Source: an uncultured Candidatus Saccharibacteria bacterium
GTDB lineage: Bacteria > Patescibacteriota > WWE3 > UBA101185 > UBA10185
Direction: 5' to 3'
Length of the DNA stretch: 64,000 bases
Assembly: GCA_964396025.1 (NCBI GenBank)
Contig: CAYNBT010000001.1
Span: 109,271 to 173,270 of the forward strand
Shown here: positions 1 through 10,380 of the stretch, one piece after another
Position numbering within the stretch: position 1 is the stretch's first letter
Layout of the letters: every line of letters starts with the position of its first letter
Notes under the pieces: generated by a model
Database searches by the model: none
Told to the model about the DNA's origin: nothing
What the model saw: only the letters and a program-made list of their open reading frames with translations
Program-made: the position numbers and the translations under genes

Positions 1-897
1 ATTGAAAGCAAATACGGTACTGAAAAAAAGTAGCTGCCAAATGAGTATAAAGTACGTGGCGTCCATTCGGTATAGATCGCCCATGAAAAATACATAAGAG
101 CCTGATACAGCATCCCCCCCTGTTGATTAGAAAAAGTAGGAGAAGTAAATGGGTTTTCATAACCTTGTAAATTCACAAAACCAAAATACATGTTATAAAT
201 CACAAAAGATGCCAAGGGCAGATACATGGATATCAAAGCGACAACGCTAAATACGTTCACAAGGCGTATCTGCTTTAGATTAAAAGTAAAATATAAAAAT
301 ATTAACGTAAGGAGAATAAAAATGTTGGCAGCAAATAACCAAAACGCAAATGAACTCAGAAACAGTAAAAGCGCCAACACAATGATTGTAATATAGTCTC
401 GCTTACCTAAAAACACGCGCAAAATAAGTCCTAATGTTGCTGGGAGCAAACCATAGGTGAACGTTAGACCAACATTGTACACACCACCATGCCAGAGCGT
501 GAAAGTATATGGATTAAGCGTATACCAAAGTGTAACTCCAGTAAGCTTCAAAATATCTCCATGGGACAACTCGCGTGAAAAAAACATCTTGAATAATAGT
601 AAGAAACCTATATAGGAAAATATAAACGTAAAAAATAAGGAGCTAAAAAATATAACGACTTCCGAGAACAATACCCCAAAACCCAGCTTATACAGAATTA
701 GGAAAGAAACGGCATCCCAAAACTGGACTATGAATTGCCACGCATTATTGGCACCCATACTTTCTATCCTGCGAATAAAAAAAGCATTCAAGGCAGTCTC
801 ATAAAAACTAAAACGAAGAAAGTGATCACCTATGAATAAAAAACTATCATTAGGTAGATCTCTAAAAGCAAAGTAAATAATCCAAATTGAAACAGCA
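1..897 (-). CDS. Polytopic membrane protein, YfhO-like paralog; N-terminal part only, gene runs off window start
   Basis: Manual translation of the minus strand gives an uninterrupted hydrophobic ORF (…MLFQFGLFTLLLEIYLMIVFLFIGDHFLRFSFYETALNAF…WHGGVYNVGLTF…) with no stop up to position 1. The N-terminal pattern parallels the downstream 697-aa ORF (G[GD]xEF/HFxF about 23 aa from the start). A TTG start is inferred near 897; ATG at 849 is the alternative. Confidence 0.35.
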
Positions 898-933
898 AGA
901 AAAAAAGGTATTGGAGCCAGATATATTAGACGA

Positions 934-3027
934 CTATTTCTGTGTAACATAACTTCGGCATCTCCTGAAAACAACATACATGCACAACATAACTATGTAA
1001 GAAGAGGTTATCATGGCAGCAACATAGAAGTATAGCTGCGGCTTAAAATACAAAACAAATTTGCCATCAATATACCTATCACTTGCGTAACCGTCAGAAA
1101 ATATCTCCCAGGAGCTGCCAAAGCCTGTATCAGATACATTAAGCATGGGCAAACTCTTCACAAAAAGATATTTGATATCCAGTAAAAACGAGCTTTGCTG
1201 GGGGGTTTCTGCAGGATAAAGATGCCAGTTTGGAGAAAAATTCTGATTCAATCCAATGGTACTTAGAGAGTTGCTCTTTACATCAATCCATATCTTGGAT
1301 GGATTTAGCACTGTGTAAGATATGTTTGCGTCTTCTGAAGAGATAAGCGAGGTATCCCAAGGAAGCTCGTAAAAACCAAATGTATCATTGGCAAACAATA
1401 ATCTTGCATGTTTTATAGCAAAATCCCGAATATGCAGATCAGGTTCGATACTAGCAACATCCTTTCGAATCAAAATGTATTTAATAGGATATTTCTTTAT
1501 AGCTGATGGATCTCTGGAACGCAAAGCACTAGAGATCCCCTTATAGGAGGATTGGCTAAGTGAGGAATACATATTCAAGTGTACAAAAGGTAACTTCGAT
1601 ATTTTGGGAATCAAATCTTGCCCTAAATGGCTATTGGAAGAACTGATATTGTAAAGACCAAATTCCGTAAGTGGGCTTGGCAGAATGTAACCAAATGCAC
1701 GGTTTGAATCATTTAAGTAACTAAGTAACTCCAAATAATCATCAGAAATGCTAATGATACGATCCGAGGCTGTGGCAGTATTCTCTCCCGCAATCACTTT
1801 TCCAGAAAAAAATAAATACCCATGAACTAAACATAATATAAGCATAAAGCCCAGAAACAGTTTTTTTGCATATGCTTTATGCACTAATAACAGCAACAGG
1901 CATAAACTAAGGACTATTCCAAATCCAAACTTATTGTCAGGGGATCGAAAAATTCTAAACACAATGATCCTGTCTATTAGAAATTTAAATATTTCTCCGA
2001 ATGGCGCCTGAGGACCTTTTACTAGAAACAAAAGAACAACAAACACAACAAGCAAAACAATGTAATATTTTCTATAGATGTCTTTGGGTTTATAAAACAA
2101 AATCGTGGGATAAATTAAAATTGTAGGTAGTAAATATACAAAGCTCTTAAAGTAATTATGAAAGGTGTAGATGTTCCGCGGCTCCCAATATGTATAGATT
2201 CCCCAAGAGAACCATAAAAAAACCGGGTAAAGCAATCCTCCAGACAAGATACCATACGTATCTCCTCCACTAGCATTTACAGTAGGTGCGCCATTGAAGA
2301 ACATTTCATAAGGTATAAGCGTTAACAAAGGTGTAAGTGGAACAAACAAAAGGAAAAGTTGCATTAATCTAGTTAAGAACTTTATAGTAGAAAATCTCGT
2401 CATTAATAAAAAAAGCGTGAAATAGATGCATGCAAAGATTCCAAACACCGCAAAGAGATAAAAACCAAATGACATTAAAAATAAACTTATCGCTGCAAGT
2501 ATTTTGGTCTCCAAAGAAGTAATGTCAAAAAGACTTTTATGTAACAAATACAAGGTAAGAGGAGCTAAAGCATAACAAACAAGAAGAGACAATGAAAAGC
2601 TGTTACCGTGCCAGTATACAATTGTATAGGAGTTAAAACTATAAAAGAACGAGATTAGAAAGTGGGATAGATTGAGACTACGGTACTGAAACAAATCCTT
2701 GGCTATCAGGGAAAATCCCATGTAAGGCAACAGCGTTATGAGCAACAATTTCAGAAGCAAAAGTACACCTTGCGCCTGTATCAAATTCATGCCAAGAAAA
2801 TAAACAAAATTGTAGTATAGGATGTCAAAGAAATTAACTATGACTTGTGTCGTATTTACAATGCCAAAACTCTCAAAGACACGAGTGTTTAACGAGCTTA
2901 AAGCTTCTTCCCTAGTCATCAACATGAGTTCGTCATGAAGAAAGTAGAACTCTGAACCGCCTAATCTATACAAAAGAGACATGCATAGCACTAAAGATAT
3001 TAGTATGAGCAAAAGCTTATAATTCAT
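934..3027 (-). CDS. YfhO-like / GT-C-type polytopic membrane protein (about 12 N-terminal TM helices, about 250-aa extracytoplasmic domain, C-terminal TM)
   Basis: Architecture read from the 697-aa translation: N-terminal 430 aa strongly hydrophobic, soluble middle, terminal TM helix (YFYVAAMITSSYIVMLCMYVVF). Consistent with YfhO-family membrane glycosyl/teichoic-acid glycosylation proteins; not verified by search. Confidence 0.4.
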   Translation of the reverse strand: MNYKLLLILISLVLCMSLLYRLGGSEFYFLHDELMLMTREEALSSLNTRVFESFGIVNTTQVIVNFFDILYYNFVYFLGMNLIQAQGVLLLLKLLLITLLPYMGFSLIAKDLFQYRSLNLSHFLISFFYSFNSYTIVYWHGNSFSLSLLVCYALAPLTLYLLHKSLFDITSLETKILAAISLFLMSFGFYLFAVFGIFACIYFTLFLLMTRFSTIKFLTRLMQLFLLFVPLTPLLTLIPYEMFFNGAPTVNASGGDTYGILSGGLLYPVFLWFSWGIYTYWEPRNIYTFHNYFKSFVYLLPTILIYPTILFYKPKDIYRKYYIVLLVVFVVLLFLVKGPQAPFGEIFKFLIDRIIVFRIFRSPDNKFGFGIVLSLCLLLLLVHKAYAKKLFLGFMLILCLVHGYLFFSGKVIAGENTATASDRIISISDDYLELLSYLNDSNRAFGYILPSPLTEFGLYNISSSNSHLGQDLIPKISKLPFVHLNMYSSLSQSSYKGISSALRSRDPSAIKKYPIKYILIRKDVASIEPDLHIRDFAIKHARLLFANDTFGFYELPWDTSLISSEDANISYTVLNPSKIWIDVKSNSLSTIGLNQNFSPNWHLYPAETPQQSSFLLDIKYLFVKSLPMLNVSDTGFGSSWEIFSDGYASDRYIDGKFVLYFKPQLYFYVAAMITSSYIVMLCMYVVFRRCRSYVTQK

Positions 3028-3044
3028 ATTTAGTTGGGCAGATG

Positions 3045-4112
3045 TTATCTATAAGAAGTAAATCCGGTTTTTCGTAAGTCCCTATACACTCGCCCCACAC
3101 TATTGCGATAAATTTCCTTAGCAGGATTGTATCCATGCCTATATACCAGCTGGACAAAATAAACCAACTTAACCACAAATGTAGGCGTTAATATATATGC
3201 TACAGGAAACATAAAAATCAACAAGCTATATATTCCATAAAACTTTATAATATATCTAATCGTTTCTCTCGTAGGCCAACCCTTATACAAAAACATACCT
3301 AATTTTTGCGACATATAAAGCTTAAACGCAATCGGTAGATGTCGGATTGACCACTCTATAAACTTGGTGTTGTCAAAAATGTGATTCACGATAGTTACAG
3401 ATTTAAGATGATCAACCAGATAAAACTTAAAAAACTCACCATACTTAAATCCAACATTCCTGATTAGTATCACTGAACCTATCTCACAATATAGAAATTT
3501 ATCACTTAGAAGTAGAAGACCCAAAGTTATTTGAAAAAATATATTGTCTCTATAGTTCTGTTGCTTGATGGCATCAACAGGCAAACGTTTCTCAAGCACT
3601 ATAGTAGAAAGAAAAGTTAGACGCTGCAGAGGTTGATACTCATCCTTGAGGTCAGAAATATTTTGATAAACCTTATCTTCTTCACTCCCCCCAAGAACTT
3701 CAAGACCATAAGGATCAAGCTGTTTGTGATTAAACACAGCGACAACAGGTTGATACTTGTTTAATGCAACTAGTATCTTTTCAATAGAGTCGCTCAAAAC
3801 AGTGTCATCGTCGCACAAAAACCAAATATATCTTGTGTCCGCTAATTCATAAAGCTTGCATACGTTTCCACTATAACCTAAGTTTTCCTCATTCCTATGG
3901 AATTTAAGGTTTGGCATTTTAGCCATGTAACGTTTTACTAGCCGCTCAGTAGCACCATTATCAGGAGATTTATCATCAGATATTATAAGTTTAAAGTTGT
4001 TGTTTGTTTGCGTTGAAAACTGCTGAAGTATCTTCTCCAAGGTTTCTGGTCTGTTATATGTAGGTATACAAACTGTGAGCGAAACATCCTTAGTCATATT
4101 TTCTCGCCTCAA
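3045..4112 (-). CDS. Glycosyltransferase family 2 (GT-A fold) with C-terminal membrane anchor
   Basis: LTVCIPTYNRPETLEKIL…LIISDDKSPDNGA…FLCDDD (DXD) are typical GT2 motifs. Confidence 0.8.
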   Translation of the reverse strand: MRRENMTKDVSLTVCIPTYNRPETLEKILQQFSTQTNNNFKLIISDDKSPDNGATERLVKRYMAKMPNLKFHRNEENLGYSGNVCKLYELADTRYIWFLCDDDTVLSDSIEKILVALNKYQPVVAVFNHKQLDPYGLEVLGGSEEDKVYQNISDLKDEYQPLQRLTFLSTIVLEKRLPVDAIKQQNYRDNIFFQITLGLLLLSDKFLYCEIGSVILIRNVGFKYGEFFKFYLVDHLKSVTIVNHIFDNTKFIEWSIRHLPIAFKLYMSQKLGMFLYKGWPTRETIRYIIKFYGIYSLLIFMFPVAYILTPTFVVKLVYFVQLVYRHGYNPAKEIYRNSVGRVYRDLRKTGFTSYR

Positions 4113-4755
4113 TTAAGATTTGATACCCAAAGATTCCGGGAAAGATTTTTAGTAAAGGATCCAGTATCTCAAGACGTTTAAACTGGTTATACGCACAAAT
4201 TTTCTCAACTTTATAGCCTGCACTTTCTACAAAGGTCTTGGCAGTTTTAAGTGTGTAGAATTTTAAGTGAGTCTTATCCAAAGTACCAAATTCGGTGTAA
4301 TTCCATCGGCCAAACAATAAATTAAGGCGGTTTAGCAAAAATGCTACATTTGGTAAAGAAACAACTATCTTACCGTTTGGTTTCAGATAGGGCCTTAACT
4401 CGCTCAATAGATCTTTGGGATTGATTAGGTGTTCTAGTACATCCGCGAACAAAAACACATCATAATCCCTCGGCAATGCGGAAAGGTCGTAATTTTCACT
4501 GTTTAGGTTGATTTTGAATGTATGTCTATAACCACGAGTTCTTGCACGACCCAACATTTGTTGATTCACATCAATACCATCAACCACACATGATTTGGAT
4601 TGAGAAAGATACTCTCCCATATTCCCATCCCAACATCCCACATCCAAACATACAGAGTTGTTTGGTACCTTGCTACACACAACTCTGTTTAGCGAAGCCG
4701 AGTAATTTCCAGATTCTAATTTGTTGTCAACACTCATGATTATTCCTTTACGCAC
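4090..4755 (-). CDS. Class I SAM-dependent methyltransferase
   Basis: Motif I LDVGCWDGNMGEYL and motif post-I VVDGIDVN; about 220 aa. Confidence 0.7.
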   Translation of the reverse strand: MRKGIIMSVDNKLESGNYSASLNRVVCSKVPNNSVCLDVGCWDGNMGEYLSQSKSCVVDGIDVNQQMLGRARTRGYRHTFKINLNSENYDLSALPRDYDVFLFADVLEHLINPKDLLSELRPYLKPNGKIVVSLPNVAFLLNRLNLLFGRWNYTEFGTLDKTHLKFYTLKTAKTFVESAGYKVEKICAYNQFKRLEILDPLLKIFPGIFGYQILIEARKYD

Positions 4756-5561
4756 TTTATAAAAAATACTTCTGCATAGTTTTTGAGAAAAGTTTCGCGC
4801 ACTAGATAGTTTTCAAGCGAAATTAAATGCCTATATAAATATAATACCGGTGCAATTTTTGACAACGGTAAAAATTTGTTTAACCAGGCAAAAAGAAAAA
4901 AGAAGAGGTGTCCATCCCCAACCTCTACAATTTTAAAACCTGCATCTTTAAGCTGTTTTATTACTTCACTAATGTTTACAGGGTATTTATCGGGAATCAC
5001 TCCATCTACAACAAGATCTTCCGGAAACTTGTTTTTAAGAATATCTGAGAATAATGCGAACATAAATCGGCCAAATTTGATAAAGGGGTTTCTTGACGAT
5101 AAGTCGTTAAGAAAAAACTTCCCGTTTTTCTGAAGTTTTGCATAAATTTCCTTGAATATATCTTCATGATTTCGGGAGTGGTGGAGCACATGTAGCATGA
5201 ACGCACCTTCTACAGATGAATTCTGCATTTGTGGAATTTTATTGTCGTTAATTTTAAAAAACGAGTATTCTGGATAGTTTTTCTTTGCTTTGTTCACAGC
5301 TGCTTCGGCAATATCAACCCCAGTTATGCTGTATTTAGCTCTGTCTCGATTTTCAAAAAATATATCCAGAGACGTTCCTGTACCACAACCATACTCTAAA
5401 ATTGATTTTGAATCTTGCAACCAATCAAAACAATAAAACTGCTCTTTGTTTGCATAATCATAAAATATATCTTTCTCCACACTGGGCTTCTCTTTAAGGG
5501 AATTTTCATTAAAGAATAATTCCTGATCTTGTTGGATGTTTCTTTTAGGTAAGTTGAACAT
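4740..5561 (-). CDS. Class I SAM-dependent methyltransferase
   Basis: LEYGCGTGTSLDIFF (GxGxG motif I) and ITGVDIAEAAV (motif II). Start trimmed to the internal Met (MFNLPKR…) to avoid a 61-nt overlap with the upstream gene. Confidence 0.65.
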   Translation of the reverse strand: MFNLPKRNIQQDQELFFNENSLKEKPSVEKDIFYDYANKEQFYCFDWLQDSKSILEYGCGTGTSLDIFFENRDRAKYSITGVDIAEAAVNKAKKNYPEYSFFKINDNKIPQMQNSSVEGAFMLHVLHHSRNHEDIFKEIYAKLQKNGKFFLNDLSSRNPFIKFGRFMFALFSDILKNKFPEDLVVDGVIPDKYPVNISEVIKQLKDAGFKIVEVGDGHLFFFLFAWLNKFLPLSKIAPVLYLYRHLISLENYLVRETFLKNYAEVFFIKCVKE

Positions 5562-5563
5562 AT

Positions 5564-6160
5564 CTAAATCTTTCTCAGTGTAACAACTAACTCCGTTGCA
5601 CCGCCAACCCAGTAACACCAACAACGTTCGAAGAATACTGGACTTACATTAATCAATAAATTCAAGGCTAGCACAAAAGGACGTGCAAACAACGGGCACT
5701 GATTAGCATGAATGTACTGAGCATAAAAACCCGAGTTAGGATAAAGTCCCAAATACCTAATCTCCTTGTGTACAATCTCAAATTCCTTTGTTGTGTAAAA
5801 GTGTTGATAATCCGCCTTTTGAAAACAATCGAAGCTAAGGTACCCAAACGGGCGAACATGTGTTATGTCAGTAAACGCTCCCATGGAGGAAAAATGAGGT
5901 ACGCGTAAATATAAAACACCTTTTGGTTTAAGAATGCGATGAAGTTCTTCAACCTTGTGTAGTGGATCATGTAAGTGCTCCAAGACATGATACATGTGAA
6001 TTTCATCAGCATAATTGCTGTCGAATGGGTATGGAGTAACATCTAGGTTATGTACTACATCTACGAAACCCTCTATTGGAACTAAATCTACACCTATTGA
6101 CTGAGGCAAACGTGTCTTACCACACCCTATGTTTAAAATCACTTTGTCTGTGGAACGCAT
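5564..6160 (-). CDS. Class I SAM-dependent methyltransferase (Methyltransf_11-like)
   Basis: VILNIGCGKT…SIGVDLVP…YHVLEHLHDP…LKPKGVLYLRVPH pattern. Confidence 0.7.
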   Translation of the reverse strand: MRSTDKVILNIGCGKTRLPQSIGVDLVPIEGFVDVVHNLDVTPYPFDSNYADEIHMYHVLEHLHDPLHKVEELHRILKPKGVLYLRVPHFSSMGAFTDITHVRPFGYLSFDCFQKADYQHFYTTKEFEIVHKEIRYLGLYPNSGFYAQYIHANQCPLFARPFVLALNLLINVSPVFFERCWCYWVGGATELVVTLRKI

Positions 6161-6188
6161 ATAGTAAAAAGTATAGCACTAAATTGTT

Positions 6189-7247
6189 TCATGCCTTACC
6201 TATATCGGTGTAAATATCTACAAATCGTTGTGCTCTATTATGATATGTGTGATCTGCAAGAACTCTGAGTCTGCCTGCTTCTGATATGGCGCGGCGTTCC
6301 TCAGGATGTTTCATGTAGTAATCTATCTTTTCACGCCATTCTTGAGGTGTTTTTGCCATCACTATCTCTTTTTCCTGTACAAAGTATTTACCGATACATT
6401 CTACATAATCACTAACTTCAAAGCCTCCACAGGCTGGGATTTTGAAGGTTCTTTCGTTGCAATCTTTGCCAAATTCTCTCTGATACTCTTCATGAATGTT
6501 TAGTGAAATTTTGGACGAACTATAAATTCTACGTTCATCATCTAGACCTAGGGTTGGTTTTTGAATATCTTTTACTACAGGCAGATTGAAGTATTTTCCA
6601 AAGCGAGACACCCATCCCATAAGTCTATCGTAACTAGTCCAATCTTGTCCTAAGAGCATTACTTTATATTTTTCCCGTAACGGGAAAACATGGTTTTTTA
6701 TGAATGCTCTTTTTTCTGGCAGAAACGTACCCAAAAAAGAAATATCACAGTCAAACTTGTTAGAAAAATCATAATAATGTTTTGTTTTATCCGCCGCTAA
6801 TGGGATTGTGTAGTATGGATAGCCTGTGGCTTCTTGAAATCCTTCCATTCTGGGATCCCCCTGCTCTGATACCGTATAGTACACGTCACCAAAATTCCCT
6901 GATGTTATCAGGTCAACATATTCTGCATTCGTTTTTAATCCTGGGGTTTCATTAAGGCGTAATGAGCTAAAAGGAGAAGTCCAAAAAGGTGTGTTTACAA
7001 ATATCTTGGTGCCATTTTGCTTCATTTTTTTCACGCCATCAAAATTCAAGAATTTCAAAACATAACTGTTCATGCTAGTAAAAAAAATGTGCGGAGCAAA
7101 CTCCTCCACTACCGAGATCTGCGAATCGTTTGCTGTAAGAAACCTAAAGTTATGCCCGAGAGCTAAGAAAGCATTCTTGTAACCCTCAATGATAGTACGA
7201 TTTGCATAAACAGTATTTAAATGTGGGACATAATACAAAATATTCAT
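6189..7247 (-). CDS. CgeB-like glycosyltransferase (DUF3880 + Glyco_trans_1_2-like C-terminus)
   Basis: C-terminal …KTPQEWREKIDYYMKHPEERRAISEAGRLRVLADHTYHNRAQRF… is typical of the CgeB / GT1_2 family. Start set at MNILYYVPH. Confidence 0.5.
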   Translation of the reverse strand: MNILYYVPHLNTVYANRTIIEGYKNAFLALGHNFRFLTANDSQISVVEEFAPHIFFTSMNSYVLKFLNFDGVKKMKQNGTKIFVNTPFWTSPFSSLRLNETPGLKTNAEYVDLITSGNFGDVYYTVSEQGDPRMEGFQEATGYPYYTIPLAADKTKHYYDFSNKFDCDISFLGTFLPEKRAFIKNHVFPLREKYKVMLLGQDWTSYDRLMGWVSRFGKYFNLPVVKDIQKPTLGLDDERRIYSSSKISLNIHEEYQREFGKDCNERTFKIPACGGFEVSDYVECIGKYFVQEKEIVMAKTPQEWREKIDYYMKHPEERRAISEAGRLRVLADHTYHNRAQRFVDIYTDIGKA

Positions 7248-8419
7248 TGAGTGGCGTCTAGAGGTATACCCAAGTAAGAGCAAATATCGGTACAGATGTT
7301 CTGATAGTCAAAGCTCTTAGCATATTTAAGAGCGTTGTTTCTATATAACGCATTAACATCTCCCCGCATCAAGTACTCAAGTTTGGTTGCAATATCAAGC
7401 GGGTCCTCTGTAATGATCAAACCACATTTACTTTCTTCAATCTCACGTGCGTTCCAAGGTATATCCGTAAGTAACACAGGCACGCCGCAGCCCAAGTATG
7501 TTTTAACTTTTCCAGGATCCGCATAATACGACCACGTATCAAGTTCTTTCATATAAGGTGCAATGGCGACGCTTGAATTGGCCACCTCAACTTCCAAGTC
7601 CTTGTTCTCTTTGATTTTACCTAAAAACTCACATCTAGAAGAAAATGAGGATTTTGCTGCGAGTGCTTCGAGGTCTTTTCTGAAACTACCATCCCCGATT
7701 ATTTTGAATTTTAGATTCGGAACCTTTTTTACTAACTCGGGAAGAGCTTGAAGAATAAGCTGCACCCCCTGCTTTGGAATCAAATGTCCCATAAAAACCA
7801 GGGTGTTCTTTTCACAACTTTCGTAGGGTATAACTTTGATTCTACTCAACCACATGCCGTAAGGTACTACCCTATGTTTCTTGTAATCAGTATCCTTAAC
7901 ACCCAAAAACTCCTTACGGGCTTCCTTCATTCTAGGAGATAGATCCCACATCTCATCTACGCGTGTGTAGCTACTTGTGTTAATAAATTCATATATCTTG
8001 TGTTTGAGTTTTGAAGAAAACCTTTGCGTCGGTACAAAATCCACTGCCCAAAATACGGTTTTGCTTACCAAACCAAGAGCTCTAGCCACATTACCAAACA
8101 AAGAGCATAAGCCATCCATACCTATCAAACAATCCCACTTACGCCCCGAGGTGATTATCCAAGATAACGTGTAAAAAAACTCTTTAAGATATAGGAGAGG
8201 TTCGGGCAGCATCTTAAAATCCACGCTGCGATGCTCTTTGTATAGTGCTCCATTTTTATACCAATTATAATAACTACACCTGTCTTTGGCATCGGAAAAG
8301 CTGTGCATGATATGCAAAACTTCGCATTTGGTGTGTTTGTTCAAGAAAATCACCAAATCATCATCCATCTGTGGCAAGTATTTGTGGGAAACTATTAGAA
8401 GCTTCGAGTTACTCTGCAT
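7244..8419 (-). CDS. Glycosyltransferase family 4 (GT-B, Glycos_transf_1)
   Basis: FMGHLIPKQGVQLILQALPEL…KFKIIGDGSFRKDLEALAA…GCGVPVLLTD (EX7E-type region). Start trimmed to [14 protein letters not shown]. Confidence 0.75.
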   Translation of the reverse strand: MQSNSKLLIVSHKYLPQMDDDLVIFLNKHTKCEVLHIMHSFSDAKDRCSYYNWYKNGALYKEHRSVDFKMLPEPLLYLKEFFYTLSWIITSGRKWDCLIGMDGLCSLFGNVARALGLVSKTVFWAVDFVPTQRFSSKLKHKIYEFINTSSYTRVDEMWDLSPRMKEARKEFLGVKDTDYKKHRVVPYGMWLSRIKVIPYESCEKNTLVFMGHLIPKQGVQLILQALPELVKKVPNLKFKIIGDGSFRKDLEALAAKSSFSSRCEFLGKIKENKDLEVEVANSSVAIAPYMKELDTWSYYADPGKVKTYLGCGVPVLLTDIPWNAREIEESKCGLIITEDPLDIATKLEYLMRGDVNALYRNNALKYAKSFDYQNICTDICSYLGIPLDATQ

Positions 8420-9340
8420 GATTTTTCTGAAACCAAGAATATGTAGACGCCAAACCAGCTTCCAGTGATATTTTAGGCTTCCAACCAAGTGCAAACAGTT
8501 TGGTAACATCCACTAATTTACGAGGTGTTCCATCAGGTTTGGAAGGATCTGTAAGGATTTTACCCTTAAAACCCACAATTTTAGCTACTAGCTTAGCAAG
8601 ATCAATTATTGGAATGTCCTCACCAACGCCGATGTTTATAATCTCAGGGCTATTGTATTCTTCCATTAAAAAGAGTACCGCATCAGCCAAATCATCCACA
8701 TGCAAGAATTCTCTTTTTGGAGAGCCTGTTCCCCATATTGTCACAGAATCTAAATTGTCTTTTTTTGCCTCGTGAAACTTCCTAATAAAGGCCGGCAAAA
8801 CATGAGAGCTCTTTAAATCAAAATTGTCATTAATACCATAGAGGTTTGTAGGCATTACACTAATGAAATCAGAACCATACTGCTTGTTATAAGATTGGCA
8901 CATTTTAATTCCAGCAATTTTTGCAACAGCGTAGGCGTCATTGGTAGGTTCAAGAGGACCAGTAAGTAGATATTCTTCCTTCAATGGCTGTGGGGCCATC
9001 TTAGGGTATATGCAAGTGGATCCCAAAAATAGGAGTTTCTTGACCCCTGTTAGATGTGAATTATGGATGATATTGTTCTGAATTTTGAGGTTTTGATAAA
9101 TAAATTCGGCGGGAAAATCATTATTGGCAACAATTCCACCAACCTTTGCTGCAGCTAAAAACACGTAATCTGGTCTTTCGGTCTCAAAAAAGCTCTGTAC
9201 TGAGGTATCATCCATTAAATCCAATTCTTCCTTAGTTCTCAAAACCAAGTGTTTGTAACCCTGAGATTGCAACAATCTCGTGATAGCGGAACCAACCAAT
9301 CCCTTGTGACCTGCAACATAGATTTTAGAATCTTTCTTCA
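8409..9340 (-). CDS. fcl: GDP-L-fucose synthase (GDP-4-keto-6-deoxymannose 3,5-epimerase/4-reductase)
   Basis: Near-collinear with E. coli Fcl: [15 protein letters not shown]…[13 protein letters not shown]…YPADFIYQN…LGSTCIYPK…PTNLYG…LHVDD…KPDGTPRKL. Start at [11 protein letters not shown] (alternative MEEVM at 9352). Confidence 0.85.
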
Positions 9341-10380
9341 TTACTTCCTCCATTTTTTTCTGCAAGTAAATCTGCTTTACACATAAGTTGAACAAGATCA
9401 GAAAAAGTTGTTTTTGGTGTCCATTTAAGAATTTTTTTTGCTTTTGAAGGATCACCAAGCAGAAGATCCACCTCGGCCGGACGTAAATATCTTGGATCTA
9501 TTTTGATAATTTCTTTGCCTGTTGACGTATCAATCCCCACCTCTTTTTCACCTTTACCTTTCCACTCAAGTTTAAAACCCAGGCATTTACAAGATTCCTC
9601 TACAAAATCTCTAACAGAATGTGTTTCCCCTGTAGCTATTACGTAATCTTCTGGTTTCTTCTGCTGTAACATGAGCCACATAGCTTCTACATAGTCTTTC
9701 GCATATCCCCAATCTCTTTTTGCGTCAAGATTACCTAGATAAAGTTCTTTATCTAAACCTAACCGTATTCGTGCAAGTCCTCTAGTGATTTTTCTTGTTA
9801 CAAAGGTTTTACCCCTGCGAGGTGATTCGTGATTAAAAAGTATACCTGAGCAAGCAAACATGTTGTAGCTCTCTCTATAGTTCACTGTTATCCAATGCCC
9901 AAAGACCTTTGAAACCCCGTAAGGGCTTCTAGGATGAAAAGGAGTAGTTTCCTTCTGTGGCGTCTCATAGACCTTACCGTACATCTCACTACTTGATGCC
10001 TGATAAAATCTTATCTCGGGCTTATAGCGTCTTATGGCCTCAAGAATTCTTAATGCTCCAAGCGCTACCGTATTCGCAGTGTATTCTGGAAGTTCAAAAC
10101 TTACTTTCACATGGCTTTGGGCAGCTAAATTGTAAATTTCATCAGGGGAAATTTCATCTAGCAAATAGTTGAGCACACTCGTATCGGTTACATCACCATA
10201 ATGCAAATGTAACTTTGGGTTTTTATTGTGAGGATCCTCGTAAATGTGTTCGATTCTTTGGGTATTGAAATTGCTCGCTCTTCTAATCACACCGTGAACT
10301 TCATAGCCTTTTTCGAGCAATAGCTCGGCCAAATAGGAACCATCTTGACCGGTTATGCCGGTCACAAGAGCTTTTTTCAT
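9325..10380 (-). CDS. gmd: GDP-mannose 4,6-dehydratase
   Basis: [47 protein letters not shown]…HLHYGDVTD…[13 protein letters not shown] is near-identical in pattern to E. coli Gmd. Confidence 0.9.
   Translation of the reverse strand: MKKALVTGITGQDGSYLAELLLEKGYEVHGVIRRASNFNTQRIEHIYEDPHNKNPKLHLHYGDVTDTSVLNYLLDEISPDEIYNLAAQSHVKVSFELPEYTANTVALGALRILEAIRRYKPEIRFYQASSSEMYGKVYETPQKETTPFHPRSPYGVSKVFGHWITVNYRESYNMFACSGILFNHESPRRGKTFVTRKITRGLARIRLGLDKELYLGNLDAKRDWGYAKDYVEAMWLMLQQKKPEDYVIATGETHSVRDFVEESCKCLGFKLEWKGKGEKEVGIDTSTGKEIIKIDPRYLRPAEVDLLLGDPSKAKKILKWTPKTTFSDLVQLMCKADLLAEKNGGSNEERF

Noticed and set aside
931-936. In-frame TAG between the 697-aa YfhO-like ORF and the next ORF in the same frame; possible stop-codon readthrough, recoding or pseudogene
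   Set aside because: The downstream frame begins with its own N-terminal signal-anchor region paralogous to the N-terminus of the upstream gene. This fits two tandem paralogous genes that happen to share a frame. Read-level evidence would still be needed to exclude a sequencing error.
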